64,000 nt of DNA. Source: Octopus sinensis (taxonomy: Eukaryota). This document shows positions 14,260-25,710 of this stretch, piece after piece. Each line of letters starts with the position of its first letter. Positions within the stretch are counted from its first letter, which is position 1. A program made the translations under genes and the position numbers. A model generated the notes under the pieces. The model worked only from the letters and a program-made list of their open reading frames with translations. It was not told where the DNA came from and did no database searches. The stretch lies in assembly GCF_006345805.1 (NCBI RefSeq), contig NC_043012.1, positions 19,716,001-19,780,000 on the forward strand, in the 5' to 3' direction.

Positions 14260-14308
<49 letters not shown>

Positions 14309-14350
14309 ATATACATATACATATATATATATACATATACATATATATAC

Positions 14351-14424
<74 letters not shown>

Positions 14425-14442
14425 CATATGTACATACATATA
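14085..14442. repeat. Degenerate (TA)n/TACA satellite
   Basis: Direct reading. Confidence 0.9.
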
Positions 14443-14820
14443 TGGAAGCACTCCGTCGGTTACGACGACGAGGGTTCCGGTTGATCCGAATCAACGGAAC
14501 AGCCTGTTCGTGAAATTAACGTCTAAGTGGCTGAGCACTCCACAGACACGTGTACCCTTAACGTAGTTCTCGGGGATATTCAGCGTGACACAGAGAGTGA
14601 TAAGGCCGGCCCTTTGAAATACAGGTACAACAGAAACAGGAAGTAAGAGAAAGTTGTGGTGAAAGAGTACAGCAGGGATCACCACCATCCCCTGCCGGAG
14701 CACGTGGAGCTTTAGGTGTTTTCGCTCAATAAACACTCACAACGCCCGGTCTGGGAATCGAAACCGCGATCCTATCACCGCGAGTCCGCTGCCCTAACCA
14801 CTGGGCCATGCGCCTCCACA
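14443..14820 (-). mobile_element. tRNA-derived SINE (head A2 + tail 1)
   Basis: Reverse strand: GGAGGCGCATGGCCCAGTGGTTAGGG...GGTTTCGATTCCC...; ends in GTCGTAACCGACGGAGTGC; homologue at 30848. Confidence 0.9.
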
Positions 14821-14849
14821 TACATATATATATACACATATATTATATA

Positions 14850-14881
<32 letters not shown>

Positions 14882-14899
14882 CATATATATATATATACA

Positions 14900-14932
<33 letters not shown>

Positions 14933-15158
14933 CATATATACATATATATATATATATAAAATATATATATTTATACATATATATATATATATTTATGCGG
15001 TTGAGGGGAATGCTGAGCTCTCTGTTCGATTATATCAGGACACAGATAGGTGTTTATACAGCCACCTAGAACGATGTTTCTTGGGGCTAAAACAACAATT
15101 ATATCGTCCCTCTCGGGACATAGACATTATGTTGGCAAATAGCCTTTACTTTAATGTT

Positions 15159-15189
<31 letters not shown>

Positions 15190-15304
15190 TATATATATAT
15201 AATATATATATACGCACAAATATACATATATACAAATATATAAATACATAGACATATAGATAAATATACATATAAATGCATAAATGTATATAGACACACA
15301 TAAC

Positions 15305-15530
15305 GGAACGCTTTATGAAAATAAACAAAAGACGAAGGCAAGTGGAGTACAAACAAATAATTGTATTAGTATGGAGCTCAGGAATATGAATAAAACAAGT
15401 CTTTTACGTTTCGAGCCTACGCTCTTCAACAGAAAGATACACAGAAAAGAAACACGGAGAGAAACAAGGAGAGAAAAAAAAAGCGTGCAGAAGCTAACGA
15501 TTCAACATGTATACATGCATAAATTAGACA
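15305..15530 (-). mobile_element. Penelope-type terminal repeat carrying a hammerhead-like motif
   Basis: Second copy at 4480-4635; contains a helix I/II hammerhead fold at 15400-15437. Confidence 0.6.
15400..15437 (-). ncRNA. Minimal type-I hammerhead ribozyme-like motif (variant core CUGUUGA)
   Basis: Reverse strand: TCTTT-CTGTTGA-A-GAGC-gtag-GCTC-GAAAC-GTA-AAAGA. Helix I 5 bp, helix II 4 bp, palindromic ACGT in place of helix III. Confidence 0.55.
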
Positions 15531-15576
15531 ACTGTACACACACATAAATGTACATACACATACATGGCAGGAATGG

Positions 15577-16143
15577 ATGCGTATAAAAGAACAGTGCGTC
15601 CATGCTGCCAACAAAGCGCGCGGAATTCTGTTTTTGATTCGACGCTCATTCGGAATGCTCACAGCAGCCATATTCCTGCCACTCTATGTCACGCTGGTGA
15701 GACCCATATTGGAGTATGGGATTCAAGCCTCTTCTCCTTATCTCCTCAAAGACATACAGCACCTCGAAAGAGTCCAGAGGCTGGCTACCCGCATGGTTCA
15801 TGGTCTCAAAAATTTGTCCTACGAAGAAAGGCTGAGGACGCTCGACCTTTGTTCTCTTGAAAAACGCCGCCGCCGTGGTGATCTCATTCTCGCCCACAAC
15901 ATCATAAGCGGGAAGTGTAATCTCTCGAAAGAGCTGTTCTTCAATCCTGCTCCGGAGCGTCGGCTGCGGGGTCATTCCGAAAAGCTCTACCTGCGACGAT
16001 TTCATCTCAATCGAAGGAGAGGAGCTTTCTCCGTCCGGGTTGCGGATCCGTGGAACAAGCTGCCAGACGAGATGGTGAAGATGCCGACGACCGCTTTGTT
16101 CAAAGCCTCCCTGGACCTCAAGTGGCCTGAACTCTTTACATGA
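15577..16143 (+). pseudogene. CR1 ORF2 C-terminal fragment (open but 5'-truncated)
   Basis: 188-aa ORF with canonical CR1 post-RT motifs. Confidence 0.85.
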
Positions 16144-16226
16144 ACACCACCCTGTACTTAACTCCATGTCCCCTTACATGGCCTTGCTATTTGCTTTAGA
16201 GCCAAATTAACTAACTAACTAACTAA
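15592..16226 (+). mobile_element. 5'-truncated CR1-group LINE with (AACT)n tail
   Basis: Uninterrupted RT C-terminal region (ANKARGILFLIRRSF...LYVTLVRPILEYG...LERVQRLATRM...LEKRRRRGDLI) followed by 3' UTR and AACT tail at 16209-16226. Confidence 0.92.
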
Positions 16227-17164
16227 GAAGTCTATGCAAACTTTGAAATAACGTTTATGCTATCCTTTTTGTTTTAGAGTCACGCGGACTCCTGCACAGC
16301 TCATTACCTCGGAAAAGGGAAACTCTACCAAATATATTTTCCTCATAACACAATTGGTGGCGTTGCACAATGTATCGTTATTTTTCTCACCGTTCATGTA
16401 TTATACGTAGTCCTGTTTGGATATATATATATATCTTACTACATTGAACCAGATCAAACCTAAAAAAAAAAAATATCGGATTTATTGAATGACACACTTT
16501 TTAAGACAACCAAATATATAATAGATGTAAGCATATATATGTGTGTATGTGTTGATATGTATACGTATGTATGTACGCCACGCACCACGCATGACTTTGT
16601 CAACGTGTGTTACATACTACCTGTTCAGTTTCAGTATTTACATAAACGTATATATGAGCGTAAAGGAAAGGATAGCAACTCACAACACTTCGCATTCGAA
16701 GTAAACATCTGTTTAATGTAAAATATGTTTGGCTGAGTTTTTACATTTGCCGCAGATATCTAGACACATGTATATTATTATTATTATTATTTTTCTTTCT
16801 TTATATATTTTTTGTAATATCTACGATTTAGTTTCCAAAATGTATGTTGTGATTGTGCGTCAGATTAATGTAAAAATTGTGTGTATAACCTTGTGATACA
16901 AGAGCCGCACACTTAACACTGTCAATACGCTTTAGCCATCATTTATTAGAGCGATTCTTTGATCATTTATTTCTATACGCTACAACTAATGTTTTTCCCA
17001 GACTCACTTGGGACTGCGGCAATAAAACAACAAGATTTCATTATACATGCTTCGGAAGGAAATATCGTATTTTTTTATAGATATTATTTATTCAAAGTGT
17101 GACACACTACAACTAGTTTTTTATAAGCAGAAATATAAAATTTAGTGAATGGGTAAACTTATTC

Positions 17165-17165
17165 C

Positions 17166-17236
<71 letters not shown>

Positions 17237-17632
17237 ATATATATATATACACATAATATATAGGGTGAAAGATATATATATATTATATATTTATATAATA
17301 TATGTATATATATATATATATGTAATATATATATATATATACATAATATAATATATACATATATATATATCATATATATATATACATAATATATATCATA
17401 TATATATATATATAACACTATAATATATATACATAATTATATATATATATATAATACTAGATATATACACTATATATATATATACATAATATATATATAT
17501 ATAATTATATATATATACACTATAATATATATACATAATATATATATAATATATATATATACATAATATATATATATAGACACTATATATATATATACAT
17601 AATATATATATATATATAATATATATATATAC

Positions 17633-17672
<40 letters not shown>

Positions 17673-17823
17673 ATATATATATCTATATCTATATATATAT
17701 CATAATATATATATATAATATATAAATATATATAACATAATATATAATATACATAATATATATATATATAATATATATATATATACATAATATATATATA
17801 CATAATATATATATATACATAAT

Positions 17824-17859
<36 letters not shown>

Positions 17860-17983
17860 GATACATATCTATATATATACATAATATCTAAATACATACC
17901 TATAATATATCTATATATATATATATATATATAATATTATATATATAATATATATATATATATAATATTATATATCTATATAT

Positions 17984-18031
<48 letters not shown>

Positions 18032-18042
18032 TAATATATATA

Positions 18043-18093
<51 letters not shown>

Positions 18094-18160
18094 TATATAT
18101 ATAATATATATATATATATATCTATATAATATATATATATATATATTTACACACACACAT
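17165..18160. repeat. ~1 kb degenerate TA-rich satellite (recurring TATATACATAATATATA)
   Basis: Direct reading. Confidence 0.9.
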
Positions 18161-18469
18161 GCAAATATAAATATATCGATATCAATTAATACCTATACAG
18201 TAAAGTGTAAACCCGATTATACAATTCGCCAGTTTTTGTATTTTATATAAACATGTTTTACTGATTTCAATTCAAAAATAAATAATCAAGTAAAGTATGA
18301 TTTTCTCTTCCGATAAACTTCATTTCTCCTCTGGTATTTAAAGCAATTTTAAGGCTATTGCTCTACTTTAGGCTCATTAATGTCGTATGACAACCGGCTG
18401 TTATATGTCGACTAATTTATATTCCATTGTTGAAAAAAATGTTGTCAAACTGTTATGGCAGAAATCTAT

Positions 18470-18526
18470 GTATGTATGTATGTATGTATGTATGTATGTA
18501 TGTGTGTATGTATGTATGTAGGTATG

Positions 18527-18587
<61 letters not shown>

Positions 18588-18606
18588 CTCTATCTATCTA
18601 TCTATC
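18470..18606. repeat. (TATG)n-(TATC)n microsatellite
   Basis: Direct reading. Confidence 0.95.
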
Positions 18607-18609
18607 TTT

Positions 18610-19150
18610 AATGTGAAATAAAGCGGTGCCAATGGAGGTAAAATAACTGTGCTATATTGTTATGTGATGCGAATATGATTTTTGTTGTGGGCGGATAGTA
18701 CGGGGCTCATGTCTTGGGTGTATCGTAAAGGCAATGCAACCATCATTTGAGCAATGCTGGTGCGATATTTTCACCATCAGGCAGATGATGCAGTGCTCAC
18801 GGTGGCGTTAAATAGAATAAAGCTTGAGCTTTTCTAGCCGATCACAATAGTCAAGGCCGCTCATGACATCTGTCTTTTTTTTAATTGAGGTTTGAGTGCT
18901 TCAGCTTCGATGATACTTTGTTTCGTGTGAGGAGGCCACAGTGGACAACAGTATTCAAAGTTGAGTCGGGCAAAAGTGGAGAAGAGAAGGATACTGGTGT
19001 GGATTTCTCTCAACTGGTAAGTTCTAAGAATCGAGGAACACATTCTTCGGGCCATGTTACCTTTGCTGTTTATATGAGCAGCTCAGTTGATGTTGCTGTC
19101 CACGATTACTACCGAGTGTCTGATGTTGTTCGATGCCATGAGTGTCTCAC
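18610..19150 (-). mobile_element. Decayed CR1/Jockey-group LINE 3' region (second subfamily)
   Basis: Reverse-strand peptides NMARRMCSSILRT...FSTFARLNFEYCCPLWPPH, GLDYCDRLEKLKLYSI*RHREH and FTSIGTALF; relative at 40160. Confidence 0.75.
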
Positions 19151-19595
19151 CTCAAGGAAGGGATATGGGATTCTTTTCCTCAAAAGGAAAAATAATCTGA
19201 AAATACAGGGGTCTTTATTAAATTAAAGATTTTTCTATAGTAAATAGTGAGGATTTTGAATATTCTCTCCTGCATCAAAAATTAGTTTACGAATTTGTAT
19301 TCAAATCACGTTTGTTTTAGAGTCTTTGACAATGATAAGAAAAGGCTTGTGGCTTTGTGTATCCTCTGTGATGAGTCAAGAAATTATTTACATAAAAACA
19401 TTCAGATCAGGTAACAATTTATTTCTTGACAATACCGTTCATGTAGCATGGAAATTTAGATTTATTTACGTAAACAGCAACTGAGTATCCCCTTGAGGAG
19501 ATGCATATTCATCTTCTTGTACAAGTAAACCGTTAACATAATTTAATTTAAACTTAACTTTAAATCAGGCATATACGAGGATCTGTACGTAACTT

Positions 19596-19659
<64 letters not shown>

Positions 19660-19837
19660 TGTATAGCTATTGTTTTCTCCAAGGCGTCTCTTTCGTGTGA
19701 CATTTTTAAATAGCCACATACATCGTACGTAGCGCTAAAGAAGCGTAAATCTGTCGCGCTTTGCAGTTCACTGTTTATCAGATCCCAGTGAAGTAAAGAC
19801 ACAGAGATATATTTGAATTAGATTTATTTGTACGACG

Positions 19838-19871
<34 letters not shown>

Positions 19872-19924
19872 GTTTAAATATTTGTTGTGCAAGATTTTTT
19901 ATGTGAAGTCGTGTGTTGAAATAG

Positions 19925-20322
19925 ATATTGTTGTATTTCGGAATGATCGTTTTGCCAGTTTAGCCAATAAAAACACACGCACTATATATTTGGTGTTACT
20001 TTGCTTTGGTGTTATTTATTTTTTACATTAATCTTAACCTTATTTCGGCCAGAGTTCTTTCGTCACACTCCTGTGACCGCATCAGTGGTCCTTCGTTTTC
20101 TTCTTACTTATTTGTGTCTCTCCTTACTAACCGTCAGCCATTTTGTACTTCTATTGTATGTCTTCATTTGCGCATGCTTATATCTCTATGTGCGTTTATG
20201 TTTATTTAGTGTGTGTATGTCGGGGATGCTTGTAATATTTGTATCTTCTGTTTATATATGTTCATGTAATTTGTAAGTTTATATGTTCATGTAATTTGTA
20301 AGTTTATATGTTCATGTAATTT
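19925..20322 (-). repeat. Left arm of ~400-bp inverted duplication (Penelope-type terminal repeat)
   Basis: Reverse complement of 20712-21092 with only scattered substitutions; includes a 25-nt tandem repeat x3 at 20256-20322. Confidence 0.9.
20047..20091 (-). ncRNA. Hammerhead-like motif (variant core CUGAUGC)
   Basis: Reverse strand: GGACCA-CTGATGC-G-GTCAC-aggagt-GTGAC-GAAAG-AA-CTC-TGGCC. Confidence 0.5.
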
Positions 20323-20545
20323 GGCAGAAACGTTAGCACGCCGGGCGAAATGCCTAGCGGTATTTCGTCTGCGTTACGTTGTGAGTTCAAATTCCGCCGA
20401 GGTCGACTTTGCCGTTCATCCTTTCGGGGTTGATAAATTAAGTACCAGTTACGCACTGGGGTCGATGTAATCGACTTAATACCTATGTCTGTCCTTGTTT
20501 GTCCGCTCTGTGTTTAGCCCCTTCTGGGTAATAAAGAAATATGTA
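20323..20545 (+). mobile_element. SINE family C
   Basis: GGCAGAAACGTTAGCACGCCGGGCG...GAGTTCAAATTCCGCCGAGGTCGACTTTG...GGGGTCGATG. Confidence 0.9.
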
Positions 20546-20639
20546 TTTTGTATTTTTTTGTTTTTTGTTTTGCCTTTTGTATATACGCACAGGCACTGGC
20601 ACACATATATTTGGGTATACAAACATACATACATATATT

Positions 20640-20674
<35 letters not shown>

Positions 20675-20711
20675 TTACAAAACAAAAAACAAAAAAAAAT
20701 ACAAAATACAA

Positions 20712-21085
20712 ATTACATGAACAAATTACATGAACATATAAAATTACAAATTACATGAACATATATAAACAGAAGATACAAATATTACAGGCATCCCCCA
20801 CATACACACACTAAATAAACATAAACGCACATAGAGATATAAGCATGCGCAAATGAAGACATACAATAGAAATACAAAATGGCTGACGCTTAGTAAGGAG
20901 AGACACAAATAAGTAAGAAGAAAACAAAGGATCACTGATGCGGTCACAGGAGTGTGACGAAAGAACTCTGGCCGAAATAAGATTAAGATTAATGTAAAAA
21001 ATAAATAACACTGAAGCAAAGTAACACCAAATATATAGTGCGTGTGTTTTTATTGGTTAAACTGGCAAAATGATCATTCCTAAAT

Positions 21086-21092
<7 letters not shown>
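20712..21092 (+). repeat. Right arm of ~400-bp inverted duplication
   Basis: Reverse complement of 19925-20322. Confidence 0.9.
20929..20973 (+). ncRNA. Hammerhead-like motif (variant core CUGAUGC)
   Basis: GGATCA-CTGATGC-G-GTCAC-aggagt-GTGAC-GAAAG-AA-CTC-TGGCC. Confidence 0.5.
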
Positions 21093-21158
<66 letters not shown>

Positions 21159-22530
21159 CATATATATATATATTTACATATATATATATATATACACACA
21201 TACACACAAACACATCCGCACACACACATATATGTAAGTATATATATACATATATATATATGTATAAATATATGTATGTATGTTTGTATACCCAAATATA
21301 TGTGTGCCTGTGCGTATATGCACGCGCGTGCTTGTGTGTATGTATATATGTATGTTTGTATGCATATACATATTTGAAGGAATTTTATTCTCTTATCCCA
21401 TATCTATTTCATTAGATCCATCACTTATTGCGATATAAATCTACAAGTTATACCTCATATTTCACTTTTAAAATATTGTTTTCATTACACGTAGTGGAAT
21501 ATATTTATTGAAATATAATTTACATTAAGCTATAAATATATCATGAAACTGCTGTCTAAATTGATAGGATATCAATATATTGATCAGACTTATGGTATCA
21601 GCCTGAACTGTAAATTGAATTTGAATTTACTGCTATTATACACGAATTTATGAATCAACAAACTGAAATACGATATAACATTTAAACATGAGCTCTTCTG
21701 GATTTATATCCAGTTCTCATATTCGTACAAGTTCACAAACTGGAAAGGGAAGGTGATATGGTTGGTTTCATCGATCCGAATTTATTGATGCTTTTTAATT
21801 TAGTGACACATATCGGGGTGAAATGCCATACGAATCTCAACACTGTTTGATGCCAGAATATAGAAGCATGTGGCAAACTAACCTCTATCTTTTCTGCCAC
21901 TCTTCTACCTAATTTTCTGGAAATATATTTCTGCAAGTATGAACACAGTTACGCACATTGTTCTGAACAACGCTTGGGGAATAATATGTTTAAGATATCG
22001 TACATCACAGTAGCTATAATCTTAAGTTATATTTCACAGAATCATACATTCCCAATCAGGCATATATGATTTAAGATGTACAGAAATGTTCAACATTTAA
22101 GATGACTTTCATTGCCGTAAAAGTGATCTTAAGCTGCATTACATTGATTATTTCCAAATGTACACTTGTTATATAAAGTATAAATATACATTACTTGTAT
22201 CGCGATCAATCTCACAATATTCTTTTTATGTCACATCTAAATAGAAAAAGGACAGTTATACGTGTGAACTCTTATCAAAATAATGGTGCAGACCTTAGTA
22301 AATAACATTAAGCGTTTTAAATGCGATCGTCAAAGACCTCAGAGCTAACACTTATATTGCATATAATATACGAGTATATAGAATCAAAGAGTTAAAGCTA
22401 GACTATGATAGTAAGGACGGCACAATACCTACATGCATATGCACACATATACACACAGACACACGCGCACACACATATACACACAGACATTAAAAATACG
22501 TACATATATATATACATATATAGTTGTCTG

Positions 22531-22811
22531 GAAAGACGCGTGGCTTAGTGGTAAATGTATTCAGTTCACAATCGTAAGGTTGTGAGTTCAAAAACCGATA
22601 GCACGTTGTGTCCTTGAGTAAGACACTTTCTTACATATCCCTCTAGTCTACGCAGTTGGCAATAATTGAAAGGGCCATCCTTGTCGCATTCGTTAAAGGG
22701 AGCGCGCGTATGTGTGATTCTCAGCCTCTTGTACGTTAATTCCACGAGCAGACTGTTCCCTTGATTGCATCAACAGGAAGCTTCGTCGTAACCGAAGTAA
22801 TGCCAGTGCCG
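22531..22811 (+). mobile_element. Degenerate tRNA-derived SINE (head B + tail 1)
   Basis: GACGCGTGGCTTAGTGG...GAGTTCAAA...GTCCTTGAGTAAG...CGTCGTAACCGA. Confidence 0.75.
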
Positions 22812-23624
22812 TATATTTACGGGTGTCTGTGTGTATGTATGTATATGTATGTGTGCATATGTGCGCGCGTGTGTGTGTGTGCGTGCCTATTAGTATATCT
22901 TTTAAAACACGTTCACTGTCCCCAACATTATAGATATAAGTTCCAGTGGATCTGCTTTAAGAATTCTTTCTTTTCCGTCGATTATGTAACAGATGTGAAA
23001 AACAGAAATAGCAGACTATGCTCAGAGGAATTTGTATGCATATTTTTGAGCAATGAAGGGATTATAAATAAATTTTCAGAAATAATAATAAATCGCTGAT
23101 AGAAAATGAATTGTAGATTTTCACAATGTAATGAGGACAATTAATTAATTACGGATTACCTAGAATAATATGCATCCGACCAATTCTCTTTTCAATGGAA
23201 ACGCTCTGATATAAATGCTATGGATATGTACTATGAAGTTACTTTCCCGACCAACTCTATTGGTTGAACTTGATATTGTACTTCATAGTATACACTTCTA
23301 CTCCTGTGCTTATGATTGTCACAAAACGACGTTTTACTGAATGATGAACAGGTCCCCACTGTATGTTCAGGGAATATATGTAGATGAGACTGTAGTGAAT
23401 TATTAAATGCTATTAATTGTTTATTCAATTACTATGTATATACTGACTATATTATTGTTCGAACCGAATGTATAATGTTATTGATATTGATACTGTATTT
23501 CACTGTATGTAAACTTCCTCTGTTACACGTATAAAGGACTGACTTTGTGTATATCCATACATATATGTCTAAGCAAGAGCCTATGTGTGCTTGTGTAACC
23601 GGGTGTCATGCCTATATATTTATA

Positions 23625-23626
23625 CG

Positions 23627-23658
<32 letters not shown>

Positions 23659-23777
23659 CACACACACACACACACACATACATATATACACACACACACA
23701 CATATATATACACACACACACACATATATATACACACACACACACACATATATACACACACACACACACACATATAT

Positions 23778-23808
<31 letters not shown>

Positions 23809-23823
23809 CACACACACACACAC

Positions 23824-23856
<33 letters not shown>

Positions 23857-23923
23857 CACACACACACATATATATACACACACACACACACACACATATA
23901 TACACACACACACACACACACAT

Positions 23924-23967
<44 letters not shown>
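23625..23967. repeat. Higher-order (TA)n(CA)n minisatellite
   Basis: About a dozen 18-26 nt units of CATATATATACACACACACACA, then pure (TA)n. Confidence 0.9.
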
Positions 23968-23971
<4 letters not shown>

Positions 23972-24310
23972 CTCCTCTCTCTGCTTCTCTTGTTTTGACG
24001 CTGTTGCTAACAAGAGATCTGCATTCACTCCGTATCATGCTTGCACGGTCTGAACTTATTTGCGCCAAAACCAAGTCCTTTCCGATGGTTCTGCGTTGCA
24101 CCCATCATATCCCTGTGTATTAGAGAAGGCAAGATGTTGTCAGTTTCTGCTTCTGCTTTCCACTTCCTGGCTGTTTTCACCTCTGGTGGGTTACGCCTGA
24201 TTTCCATATCCCTCGATTCTCTCAGCATCATGACCGTCCGTATCTTCCCCAGTTTATATATTTCGACTATTGATGCTATTGGTAGCTGCGACGAACTGTT
24301 CAACATTATT
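23968..24310 (-). mobile_element. Fragment of a restriction-like-endonuclease non-LTR retrotransposon (HERO-like post-RT region)
   Basis: ORF 24025-24306: QLPIASIVEIYKLGKIR...RESRD...KTARKWKAE...HRDMMG...RKGLGFG, matching the LPxSS...TGRKW...GRxGLG block of HERO-type elements as I know it. Confidence 0.6.
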
Positions 24311-24350
24311 TTACTGAATTATTTTTCATACATCCCGAAACATTTATATA

Positions 24351-24908
24351 TTAGGTTGCCCGGAAAGTTCGCGCCGATTTATAGTAGCTTAACTTTCGAC
24401 TTATTTTAGAAAATGGGTGAGTTCATAAAATAGGATTTCACTACACTTCCATGTAGAGCACAGTTTAAACTGTCTTTTCGTGGAAGACGGTTTATGTTCC
24501 TATAACCTGTGTTAATTCTGTAACCCTGTGAAATGGAAGATAAGAAATTCATTTTCGGCGCTTGATGCTTTGGGAACCAGACAAACATTGCTGCAGCTCG
24601 ACTGGAATGTGTTACCCCACCCTCCATATTCACCAGATATTGCTCGTTCGGATTTCCACTTATTCAGGTCTCTGCAGAATAGTCTTAATGGTAAAAATTT
24701 CAATTCCTTGGATGACGTAGAAAGATACATTGATGAATTCTTTGCCATAGAACCACCTCAATGGGAAGAGGGTATTTTCAAGTTAACGGAAAGATGGAGA
24801 CGCATTGTGTAGCAAAATGGTTCATATTTGGTTGATTAAAATGGGACAAGTATTTATTGACCTTTTTCTTTCCTTTAAAAATCGGCACGAACTTTCTGGA
24901 CAACCCAA
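24351..24908 (+). mobile_element. Internally deleted mariner (558 bp, MITE-like)
   Basis: TIRs TTAGGTTGCCCGGAAAGTTCGCGCCGATTT and AAATCGGCACGAACTTTCTGGACAACCCAA, TA on both flanks; keeps PHPPYSPDIARSDFHLF but lacks the central transposase. Confidence 0.9.
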
Positions 24909-25544
24909 TACATATAGTTTTTTTTTCTTTAGATACACATAAAGCTCACATATATAATAAATTTATTTCCTGAATATGAACTGTATTTAACATTTGAATC
25001 TAAGCAGTTCCGTACAAATTTCACATCAGCACACAATTTCATTATGGGTTTCAAAAATTATCCGTTGGAATGATTCAATAAATATGATAAATAGCCAACT
25101 TAGTCAGTTTTAATAAAACATTCAATAATATGAAATGCATTCAGCTGCATGGAAAGTTATCAATAATTTTGATTAAATTTGTGATAAATGTAGAGGCTTT
25201 CGTCATATCAATCTCGTTAAATATAATGACGGTAATGATGAGTATGACACACATGGTAGCAATTCTTTTAATGAATATTATTACATATAAGGAAAGAATG
25301 TTCCATTGTAATTCCCATGCTTCGATCGATTTGTGAGATCTTTTGGCAGTCCAATATAATGCATGCCCGAATTTTGTCATCTTACCGCTAATGATAAGAC
25401 TTACACTGATCCAGTGAATTAATGAATTAAAATTTTCTAATTCATTCTCCGCTTATTCAGACGGAATAAGTCCTTTTGAAAGTTGTTTCCACTTCTGTGA
25501 ATGTGAAATTTTAATTCAGCAAAATCCGTTTATTTGCTACATCC

Positions 25545-25710
25545 GTCGAACAAATCAACCCCAGGACTTAATCTTTGTAATCGTAGTACTTATTCTATCG
25601 GTTGTTTTTTTTTTATTTTTTGCCGAACAGCTAGATTACAGAGACGTAAACACACCAACATCGTCGGTTGTAAAGTGATGGTGGGGCGACGAACACAGAC
25701 ACACAAATGC
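25545..25710 (-). mobile_element. SINE family A 3' fragment
   Basis: Matches the tail of copies at 8981 and 32364 (ACCCCAGGACTT...AGTACTTATTCTATCGG...TTTGCCGAAC). Confidence 0.7.
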
